This document shows positions 52,701 through 64,000 of a stretch of 64,000 nt of DNA, piece after piece. Position numbers and translations under genes: made by a program. Origin of the DNA: Octopus bimaculoides (Eukaryota); the NCBI RefSeq assembly GCF_001194135.2, contig NC_068983.1, forward strand, positions 127,412,470 to 127,476,469, written 5' to 3'. Numbering within the stretch: position 1 is the stretch's first letter; each line of letters opens with the position of its first letter. The notes under the pieces were generated by a model. The model searched no databases. It worked only from the letters and a program-made list of their open reading frames with translations, and had not been told where the DNA came from.

Positions 52701-53598
52701 ACTTGCAACAGTATGAATCTAAAGAATGCAGATATTAGGTTAATCCAGTCTCCACCTTTAAGTTGGAGAGAAGATGGGGGCCCAGTTTTGCTAATGGTTT
52801 TATGCATCCACCACTGGTTGTATACGCTTTACTTTTTGCGAACTGCAAATGCCAACATTATTACGAGTCCCCAGAAACTGCTGCTGGACTTGAAATACAA
52901 GCCTTCCCCGCGTAGTTTTCTGTTTCGTTGTTATCTTTGTAAATCTGCCGTTAATACAAATGAATAACGATATATTTATACATGAATGTTCATTGTAGAA
53001 TATCTTGAGCATGTCTCTATTTACAAGTATATATCTAGGTATATTTTATACATTTTACCCTAGTCGTCTTATTTTTTTCATTATTTCTATATATATACAT
53101 TTGCATATGTAAGGCATATACATATCTATGTGTATATGTTTTTATTTCATGAAGTTTATCTCAATTGTTAACTCACTCATTCAGTAAATTAGCAAGTAAT
53201 TTTCAGAATATCACTGAAGGACGCATAACCTTAAAGCTAATTTCAGAAGAATCAATGTATATCAGCTGGCAGGTTTGTTTAGTGTATTTCTTCACGTGAC
53301 ATGGTCTGCTATGATTCAGAATGGCATTTGATGAAAGACGCTGTAGCTGTGACAGGATTTTTGTTTCATAAGCACCGGTATTATATAATGTTTGGGTAAG
53401 GTTTAGCTCAGTACTATTCTTAAGTATAAATGAAAATTCCCTATGATATCCCGGTGTTCTAGACTATCAATTTGACATGAGTAATGTGTTGTGCACTGCA
53501 ATACAAATCTCACTAACTCGCAGCAACGATATTTAAGAGAATAATATCTGGAAGTAAATATAATTGTTTTTCCATACAATTTGCCGTAGCGTTTTCAG

Positions 53599-53675
53599 TT
53601 TAACGAGAGCAGCGGCTGGTTTATCGGAGCGTTATACGTACGTTGGAACTGGCTTCTCGATGAGTCATCTGAAAG
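53599..53675 (+). CDS. Candidate internal exon
   Basis: gcgttttcag|TTTAAC...GAAAG|gtgata; CpG-rich; two open frames (FNESSGWFIGALYVRWNWLLDESSE; LTRAAAGLSERYTYVGTGFSMSHLK). Confidence 0.25.
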
Positions 53676-55104
53676 GTGATAGTACTGATATCCCTTTGAA
53701 GCGCGATTCGAATCATTAGACATAGAATATGTTTTACATTTGTTTTCATTATTACACGGAAAATAAGATTATATATCTTATATGGTGGAAAATGGAGTTA
53801 CATAAATATTGGGCCTTCGAAAGACAAATAAAGTAGCACCAATTATTCTTATTAGTAATACCTGGCTACCTAAGTAGCCGTGTGATTTTTAGCTCTTTCT
53901 CTCGACTGTGAGTCGATCACTTTTTGACAATTTCACCCCTTTTAAATGCAGGTATAGTCTCGTTAAATTAACATGTTTTTGCTCGCCACATTAAATACAA
54001 TAGTACTTCAGATTCCTCTTAGTTTTATTATGGTAGCTTTCATCTACGAAAATATTTGTTCATAAGTGATGTACCAATGCCTTTCCATTCATTTGTCTAA
54101 ATAAGTACGTTTGTTTAGCGGAGACGTTCTGAAGACCCGTTTGTCTATTGCCACAGAAATGTGATTGAAAACCTTTTCTATAGAATTACTTTGTGAGATT
54201 GGGATGAGCAGTTAGCAATTGTCTCTGTGACTATAAACCCGTCCAAGCATAATTATCGATTAATGATATCGCAGAGCGTTCTTTGATTGTAATTAGGTCT
54301 ATAAAACGAAACCGTCTTTTCTAATTTGGATATTACAAACACGTAAATGCATGTCTTCAAGTAGGTGGAACGAGACAATCCAAATTTATTTAGGGAATGG
54401 AATTGGGAAATTTCAATTTTCTTTTTCAAAGATATTATGACTGCATAAGGTAATATGAATTCAAGTGAGAATTTAAATTATATTCCTTTCTTCAGGAAAT
54501 TACTTTCCTTCAAACAACGTTTTCTTTTGTGATTATTCTTACATTTTACATTTCGTCGATATAAGGGTATCGGGAATTTGGTTTGCTAGGCAGAAATGTA
54601 ATTGAAGTCTCTTTGCTTCTGTTTTGATTCCGATGTGGATTAGATACTATTATATGATGAAACTAACAGGTATCTGTTTACTACGAACCATGTTAGGCTT
54701 CTATTTTTTATATTAAAGCGTAATAAAATGGTACTATTATATGCTTTGACAGGGTATATTTGTGATAAAATGCTACACAAAAGGTTGTAAGAATTTTCGA
54801 AAGTTGATTTTTCCAAAACACGAAAGATATAATAATTTTAATGGTACTAAGATATATGTTCTTTTCTATGGGTGTTTTTATTTTAAATGATATGAAGAGA
54901 GATGAAGAGGTGAATTTAAGACAAGATATTCGTTACTTGTAAACAATAATTTATTTATGTGTTGGGAAGACTCGATCGGGATAAATACAACCGTAACATT
55001 AATAAAGAAGGGATGTATGAATTCATAAATGAATACATTCTCGATCTTTTGGTATAACTGATATAGAGGAATCGATATCATCTACGACACGGATATTTTT
55101 TTGA

Positions 55105-55448
55105 ATCTTTTCCTTTTGGCCGGCGCATAGAACAAATATTTGTTTTGTAAATAAACACTTTCAAATTTTGTATATTGTTAGAATGTGACAAAGTAAATTT
55201 ACACCACCAGAACGTCTCGTTGACAAACCACAGCAGTAATTGTTTTCACCTCAATAGACGTCGTTGATTGGTTGAAATTACCGAAATAAAACAAATTTAA
55301 CACGAAATATCTTCGAAAATAAAGAATTTTCTTAAAAACACCAAAAGTAAATGATGTTTTAAATGACACATTCTACCAGTATACGAAATCTGAAAGTGTT
55401 TAGTTACAAAAAAAAAATGTTTCTATGTGCCGGCCAAAGGGAAAAGAT
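55105..55448. mobile_element. MITE / fold-back element with ~85-bp imperfect TIRs
   Basis: atcttttccttttggccggcgcatagaac...gttagaatgtgaca versus tgacacattctaccag...ctatgtgccggccaaagggaaaagat. Confidence 0.85.
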
Positions 55449-55957
55449 CCATATTTTTTAGGGTGGATTTAAAGGTCCTATTTTTGCTAAGGATTTACTG
55501 AAGGTTTAATTGCATTGTGTTTAATATGCTTCTGACCTAGAGTATAATTGTCTGGCTTTAACTATATGGCAAACCTACTATATGTTAATGTTTAGAAATA
55601 TTAAATTCGCGCTTAGTAGCAACTCTGAATTTGTATTTATTTATTATTATATCCTATTTAACTAACATATATTCTTTCATATTGTTTTGCCACAAATTTC
55701 ACTGCTTTTAAAGGCGGATTTTAGATACAGTGATGTCTATTCGTTTCTTAAATAAAGTGTTACTGAGTATGTGGGGATAAAAACTCCTCGTAGTGTTGCT
55801 TAGTAGGTGCTTACCAATTGCTGTCTAGGACTTATTTCAACAAATACAAAATATCAATCACTTTGCATTTATAATACCCTGTAAATCTGTTAAATGAATA
55901 TATATATATATATATATATATATCACTGTGTGCGTGTGTGTGTGTGTAGCTGTGAAT

Positions 55958-55995
<38 letters not shown>

Positions 55996-56030
55996 GCATG
56001 TATGCATACATAAATAGAAATAAAGGAATA

Positions 56031-56070
<40 letters not shown>

Positions 56071-59000
56071 AATAAAGAAAGAAAAAAAGAGAAAACCATG
56101 GTAGTTGTAAAGATTTTTATCGACATAAAATGACTATTGCGATTCTGCGAGTCATATGCTTTAGAATATCGCTGATACAGAGAATGATATACTGAATAAC
56201 ATCCACCTATTTTCTGTCTACCGATCATTTCTGGTAACTTCCATGTAGTAGTAACACATATTGATTTCATAGAATCTTTCAATATATGATAATGTTTAAA
56301 ATGATAAACTTACAACCATTATACCAAACCGAGAACGAGAGGTAGCAGCTGAACTTTTGCAAATGCATTTATTTATTTATTTACTTATTTACTTATTTAT
56401 CCATTTTTCTTACAAAGCGTCAATTTTCACATAAAAATATGCCTGCTATATAAAAGCATGTCACACGTCGAATAGCTTTTTTGCAATATATTTTGCAAGA
56501 TCACCCTAACTGAAGTCCCATATATGTATTTATCGATATATTTTTAGAGAAAAAAAAATTAACGCCTTGTTGACTCTCACAAGACAACGTTTTAAAGGCA
56601 ACATGACAAGAATGCTTTGGTTTGTGAAATGTTATTACTGGATTATTTTGTTTCCTTGCTTAGTGCACTCTTAATCTTATATGTTTACTAACACAGGCAA
56701 TGGAACGACACATTTAAGTATATTTTTTTCATTTGTTGTTCCTTTACATTCTACTGTTTATTTCTTTATGAATAAATGCGATTTAGCTAACGTTATTTTT
56801 TTATGTTTTACTGTTGAGTAGGATCACTTATCCTTTTTTGACTTGATTTGTTTTCTTCCTATTAAGAATTCAAAATGTTTTCCAGCAGGGAAAATAAAAA
56901 ATGCAGTTATTGTTAATAGAAAAGCATTTAGATTTTGTATTTGTAGCAGATCAATATGGATTAGTTTGCAGGATTCTTAATGCCTTTAGTTGTTATGTGA
57001 AGTGCGTCGTTGCAAAGGAGAGGATTTTAAGCAATATACGAGAAAAATCAAAGAATTATTCATTATCCATTTCTACATTTAACAGACATTTCATTATAAG
57101 AGCATAAAATAATGGATGCTATAGCAATGACTATTTTTTTTTACAGACGACTTGTTGAAATTATCACAAGAATCATATATAAATCATGGTAATCAAGCAT
57201 CTAAGAAATATTGTTAAATATGTATTAATAAAATTATAGAATTTCGTCGCTGTTGTTATCGCATTTAATGTTGCTGCTCTTAGTTTTTAACCCCAGAGTT
57301 GAAAGTCAAAGACTCGCCAGACATGTAATAGATCTAGGAGTATGTAAAACAAAAATGTGTGATAATAGAAGGGCGTGGCTGCTATATNNNNNNNNNNNNN
57401 NNNNNNNNNNNNNNNNNNNNNNNNNNNNNNNNNNNNNNNNNNNNNNNNNNNNNNNNNNNNNNNNNNNNNNNNNNNNNNNNNNNNNNNNNNNNNNNNNNNN
57501 NNNNNNNNNNNNNNNNNNNNNNNNNNNNNNNNNNNNNNNNNNNNAATATCACTGCATCGCAGCTTCTGTAGGTGTGGTTTAAGGCAAGTGTCTTCTATCA
57601 CAGCTTCGGCATTCCATAAAAAAAGTAGCGAAACTTAGATATGCAAATGGAAAACGTGTGCAAACCAATGAAATACACCGCTCCTTTTCCTGGGTGGTAG
57701 ATTTAATTTGTTTTGCAACAGCATCCAATATTTGAATGCCACCAGTGTGACAAAGACTTAATACATCGCTTAGTTGTTAAACAATACCACGTGACCCTTG
57801 AGGGCACTAAGTGGGTTCTTTTTATTTCAACTATTCAGGTCAAGTCTTCATCCTAAGAATCACTATTTCCCTTCCTAACACCTGTTTTGGAAACGGAAAA
57901 ATATTAAGAAATGCTTTTGAGTTTTCTAAGTTTGACATGAACAGTCGAATATATAGTGACTACTATCATCTAAACAAATGATATTGTTCGGTAAGGGATA
58001 AGCTATTGATTATTCCAAATAATATGCGAATAAAAGGAAAAAAATAAACATATTCATTCCATTTATAAAGTTTTCAACTCGATACATTCGCTAATATAAT
58101 CCTTCAATCAATATTTTCCATCTTTCAATATATTTCATTAAGCATCAGAGTAGAATAATATATAACTGGTATTTAAACAACATATACAAGACCTAATAAC
58201 AGTTATTGGAGTATCGGTTAGAAGGTCTTATTGTATTCGTTCTGTCTTTCATCTTTCTAGAATCGATAAAATATTTTAACAGTAAGCTTCTGAAATCGAC
58301 AATACTTTTCGTCTCTTCCTCTCAGTCGGTTACATTTCACAGTAACAAAGTTGGTGGGAAATTCATCACTACGTACTTCTAGAAAGTTCAGAAGTAGGTA
58401 ATAACATTTCTTGGTAAGGAATGACTTAGATATTGCTGGAAATAACTAAGCATTGGCCGATACACAACCATGTGGCTATCGGTCAACATAAATAAATTAT
58501 TTATGTTATTCCCCAGTTCTGTTATAATCTTATATTTGAGTCAAATAATGAAATACTTGAAGCAAGAAACGGTAAAATTTAGTGATGGATTGTAAGAGTT
58601 GTCACTACTTAGAACAAAGTGCTTTATGTGTTTTGCTTCATCGTTTTATGATTTGAGTGCATATCCCTCCGATTACCATTTATTTTTCAAGGGTTGGTAC
58701 AACTGAAGCGAGGCAATATCAGTTATCATATTTCTAGCAAACATCTAAAATCTGAATGCATGAATTTTGAATTAGGCAGAGTTGAACCGGAAAACGTGAG
58801 AAATTCAAAGCCGAAACCTACTTTCAGTATTAAACAAAGATTTTACTTTCTATAACATATATCGGCATCCGTATTCCGTGCCACTAGAAAATTCGAAATA
58901 TTGAAAAGAACAAAGAGAGTCATTTTGTGATTATTTATAAATGATGAAATTATAAGGCTATAACGATTAAGAAAATTAAGAATGTTATTATGAAAATTAT

Positions 59001-60152
59001 ATGGATGTTTAACGCAAATATATCGGTTTCACTGAATATTAGAGAATTCGATCATTTTAATGAGCTACACTATGTATAGGCCAAGTTTTATACGTAGTGA
59101 CCATGTTCATAAATTACTTTAGACGTTATATATGTTACGACTGACAGCTTTAAAGTAAGTTAAATGATAAAGTAAATATAACGTTTTAATAAAATTGTAT
59201 CAACTCCATTTATGATATCAATTCCAATTTCCCCATCAATTACACCGGTAATTACAGTGCAAATGTTAGCAGTGAAAGAAGCCTTGTGCAATAATTCCAA
59301 ACGTCTGCCATAAAATATAGCACACATTTTGTCTGTCCTCGAAGGAAATAAATAACATAGGTAAAGCTAAGTACGTTTCTTTTTCTGTTACATTTCCCCA
59401 GAAATTTATTTAACCTTTTTAAACATCGCTGCGCATTTAAGTTTCAATAATACGCCGCACGCAGTTCCGGCTTTGCACATTAGACAAAAATTAAAATTTC
59501 ATGACATTTAAAAAGAAAACTAATCGTGTTGCAAAACACCGTGTAATCCTGGACATTAAATGATGTAACAGATATATGTACTGTCATTTACATGAATATT
59601 TAAGACAACCTGTCATTGATATCATAATACCACTTTGAAGCACAGAGCTTCGCTTGTTTAAATTAATCATAATAAATTAGTTAAAGATGATATATAATAT
59701 TGGTAGTGTGAAATGTAATAATATCGCATAGTGGTAAGACATTTGTACATATGTATATTTCTGTATGTAGAGGCTTGTACGTATACTTATCAACATATAT
59801 TAAGGTGCGCATGTTTGTTCATATATAAATATATACATGCTCATATATACGTATATGCAGGCATAAATTCCAGTGCATGATTTTACATATATCTTTGTAT
59901 GTCTTCAACCTGAACAATAGTGGTTCTTATTTCATGCTAAATCACTAAAATAATTGTTTTTAGTTTTGCAGTTCTTTAATGGAGTGTAGCAGTAATCTCC
60001 TAATTGACCGTGTGATTTCTCGTTTTATGAGGCCTGGCTTCTCAGGGTCAGTGCTGACACAATCACTTTCGTATCTATGAATTCCCCAAAATTCAGATAT
60101 TAATCTACCTTTATACGATCAGTTACAGTAACTGCAAGTTTTTCATTAGTTC

Positions 60153-60184
<32 letters not shown>

Positions 60185-60255
60185 ATGTATGTATATATGT
60201 ATGTATGCATGCATATATGTATGTATGAACGTATGCAAGTGTGTATGCGTGCATG

Positions 60256-60305
<50 letters not shown>

Positions 60306-62449
60306 CGCACATAAACACACACACACACACGCACACACACAAACACACATTTATTTACAAATAGGCAACATTATGTTAACATGTATATAGTAATTATCAA
60401 TTTCCACTACAGTATTATTCTTTTGCCTCTTTGTTCCAGGTCATTTCGTGTGATCCCTAGTGCGTGCTTATCAATAAGATTTTATCAGATGTATTCCACC
60501 TGTATAATTGCTTTTTGTAAATGTTTATGCATTCAGGTTATGTGTGTATATAAACATGTGTGTACGAAGTGCGTGATGTTGCATAGGAAAATGCTTAGAA
60601 TATTCGGCTGATGATCATTGGATCGAGTCTTTACAGCTTAGAATGACGAGCGAACCGTATCATCAAGTCAGATTTCATTTCTCGTTGCTCCAGATTACTC
60701 AGAAGTAACTAATATAAAGGGAGTGCTACTCCAGTCCTCTTTCCCATCAACCGTCGTTTGCTGGATGTTCCACTTTGTCAACTGTCAGGAGGCCAAGAGA
60801 ATGCCTGTGTTTTATCATAACTAGATAGTCACCCAAATCATCAGCAGTCAAAGAGTAGAACTGCAATTGTTAGATCCGTAACTTTTTTTCTATGCCTCAT
60901 AAATGCTTTAGTACTGACATGGTAACTCAAATAAAACGTCTCTCTGTATTTGGAGTAGTCATCAGATATTTATTTGTTATGTATTGTATGATTAAACCTG
61001 AACTTCATATTCCTTTCGTCAAACCAATTTTGCTACTTAAGTTAGATATAGTAAACTATTGGAAGCAGAAAACGTTTCCGTTTTACTGTACATCTAAGTG
61101 TATTGAAATGCTTCTGTAATGTTGACGTTTCATATTTTTGGAAGTCACGTTTATCATGTGTAACCCTGGGTGATTTGATGTCTATATATCTAAACTATTT
61201 GAGGTTATGATGTTGTGTATTTGAAGTTCTGAAATATACATGTGGAACAAAGAATGTTCCGACAGTCATTCATTTGTATGGAACGAACGATTGAATATTT
61301 TTTTCCTATATCCTGATCATTTATAATGACTCGAATGCTGGTCCTTAGCCCGAGCGCCATTTACGTTATTTTATCTTATTTTCCCTTTGGTTGCCGAGAC
61401 TGTGTGATTATATCAGAGACGCCACGATCATTTTAAAAGAACAACTAATGATTTATAGCTATCCACTATGTTACATTGTACATGTCAATTGCACCAGACC
61501 AAGCATCAGAAGCGGAACGTGCCCTAGAATAAAAGTCAAGTAGAAGCCTATATGTGTTAGAGATGACACAACATAAGCTATCATAAAAGCTGGTTTTGTC
61601 ACATCCATTACATGATATTGTCAGAGTGTAGTAGCTTATTAAATATGCTGATGATATATCTTACGTATCTGCATTTATTGTCACAATCCCACTTTAACGT
61701 TCAAGAAGACATGATAATGTTTCTTGCAGTCTCAATACTTGATTTCAATTCAAACCTCTAGCTTCTTTTTCACGGATTTATTTAAATATATATAGAATAT
61801 CCACTGCAAAAACTGGATAACTAATCAAATACAACCGGCAAGCATGCTATAAGTTTAAAATGTCATTAGGCTTCTTTCGTCGCCATCTCCTGATTGGAGG
61901 AAAGAACCTTGTCTGTATATTAAATTGTGTTTTGTCAAATGTGAAAGATATAGATTCGATAAATGTTCACAAATTGTAACAATAAAGCGGCCATCTATTA
62001 AGGATGACCACTGTGCGTAATTTCATCTAATAATTTCTTATTCTATGCTCATTTCCACTTTTAGTAGTTTGGCTTCTAAATGAATTAAGATATATTAGAA
62101 TAACTACAATGAGAACAAGTTAAGTAATTAAAGAAACCAAATTGTGATATGGTTATAGTGGTGATGGTTTGTATAAAACCACGCACGAATATCGCCAATA
62201 TCAAGTTGGTGCATATTTTAACAAAGACCCAGAAAATGTGGGACCGATGATTTCATAACAAAAATACCCATCTCCTGGATGGTGTGCTAATAGAAGCTAA
62301 TCGGTGTCTAAGTGCCTCTCAATGGGTATATTAAAACGGAAAATAAACTGGTATATTAATTACACTCAGAACATGTTCCGCAGCATAATACATAGGCACA
62401 TACATACACACAAATACATACGCATAAACATACATATGCATACATACAT

Positions 62450-62482
<33 letters not shown>

Positions 62483-62768
62483 GATACATATTGAAAGTAA
62501 TTGAAATTGAAACCATATAATAGTGAAGGTNNNNNNNNNNNNNNNNNNNNNNNNNNNNNNNNNNNNNNNNNNNNNNNNNNNNNNNNNNNNNNNNNNNNNN
62601 NNNNNNNNNNNNNNNNNNNNNNNNNNNNNNNNNNNNNNNNNNNNNNNNNNNNNNNNNNNNNNNNNNNNNNNNNNNNNNNNNNNNNNNNNNNNNNNNNNNN
62701 NNNNNNNNNNNNNNNNNNNNNNNNNNNNNNNNNNNNNNNNNNNNNNNNNNNNNNNNNNNATATATATT

Positions 62769-62801
<33 letters not shown>

Positions 62802-62809
62802 ATATAGTA

Positions 62810-63620
62810 AAATATGGATTCACATAGAATCAGATAATTGAATGGATATGTACCAGTGAGGGGCGAATAATCTCTGTTAATCCGACCTATGGTTGGTGAG
62901 TATCAAACAGAATATTTCAGTTGTGGATATAGAGAAAACCAATCCTATGAGTGTTTAGCGCATAGGGGTTGGTGCAAATCACGCGTTACTTTGAATAGTA
63001 AGTTGTTGGTATACTTTATGGTGTCCGACAAGTTGTAAATTCACTTGGTGTGTAATAATCAAATGAGTAATAATATACGATGGATAACTGTCAGCTCATT
63101 ACAACTGTAACTTAAGTAAATTTTTAATAGAGCGTAACTCCATAATAAAAGACTGTAATCATCTGCTGAGAAGTAAGTTTACAAAGAATATCACAAGAAT
63201 AAAGCAGGCAAGGGGTTGAAGTTTGTCGAGGCCAACTACGAGATGGGAGAATGACCAAATAAGTTAGTCTTTGAGGTTAAGAATATAGTTCTTGAAAGTC
63301 TGTAGTATTATATCTAAGATCACCGACCCAGGTGAGATAGTAATTTGCTAGATTAGTTCATAGGTAGAGTGGAATTGGGTATAGGTGATAATTTATTATA
63401 GTAGGCTTAGATCAGTTGGGAGCAAGGACAAGTTATGAAATAAATTAGTGATAAACAAAGGAAGAATAAATAAATGAAAATTAAGGCTGAAGAAAAATAA
63501 AATCATACAAGCCAATTAGGCATAGGGTCGGGGTATCGGAATCTCTAGCTAATGCTAAATGGCAAAGGGATGAGGAAAGAGATACACAGAACTTAGGGGT
63601 ATTCAGTGCATATTGTTTGA
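62810..63620 (-). mobile_element. Possible ancient LINE RT remnant
   Basis: Reverse complement has PGSVIL- and SADD-like traces in the expected order; very decayed. Confidence 0.3.
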
Positions 63621-63871
63621 AATTTGGGGGAGGGTACGAGAACAATTTAATACTAAGCTCTAACTTTTATGACAATGAAGTTTTAATAAAAGTAGAGTAC
63701 TACCTATCAATTAGGTGTTTAAAAATGAATGAGGATATATTATGAACTACACCTAGTACCGAGTTAGAGGAAATAGCAGATCGGATATCAAAGAAAGCCA
63801 ACAGTAGGGAGTAGTCTATTTACGGTGAGGGGATAAACACAGACACACAAATACACACACACATATGTACA

Positions 63872-64000
63872 TACGACAGGCTTCTTTTAGTTTCTGTTTA
63901 CTAAATCCACTCAGATGGCTTTCGTCGGTCGGAGGCTACAACAGAAGGCACTTGCCCAAAGTGCCGACTGAGACGGAATCATATGGGTGGGAAGCAAGTT
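63872..64000 (-). mobile_element. SINE S1, diverged, truncated by the window end
   Basis: Reverse complement contains gcactttgggcaagtgccttc...gaccgacgaaagcc...gagtggatttagtaaacagaaactaaaagaagcctgtcgtatg. Confidence 0.8.

Noticed and set aside
52589-53012. Three overlapping ORFs of 70-110 aa
   Set aside because: No recognisable domain or consistent splice structure.
58457-58510. Two adjacent short hairpins (ggccgata/tatcggtc; aacataaata/tatttatgtt)
   Set aside because: Short and AT-rich; expected by chance or a MITE trace.
60700-62270. Protein-looking frames at ~60700-60830 and ~62150-62260
   Set aside because: Open on both strands, end in stops, have no donor sites and no recognised homology.

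Overview
AT-rich, microsatellite-dense eukaryotic DNA from a draft assembly with 14 N-gaps, almost all flanked by simple repeats. The SINE families and repeat content point to an octopus genome (inference). No host gene, tRNA/rRNA gene or CRISPR array can be identified with confidence, and most ORF-track entries are microsatellite or N-gap artefacts. The first ~30 kb is a transposon graveyard: six R4/Dong-clade LINE pieces anchored in (TAA)n, three mariner remnants, a Buster-type hAT, a CR1-like LINE, a Helitron-like remnant and several tRNA-derived SINEs. The 30-64 kb part is mostly unique-looking, with a SPIN/GTF2IRD2-type hAT, an RTE fragment, a MITE and a few weak candidate exons. The most interesting signal is a cluster of minimal type I hammerhead ribozymes from at least four different repeat families between 3 and 21 kb. 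Two have a complete catalytic core (15444-15495 and 18185-18229, both minus strand) with loop-less palindromic stem III, which implies cleavage as dimers. One family has a tRNA-Arg-like Pol III head. All four families occur as head-to-head inverted pairs.
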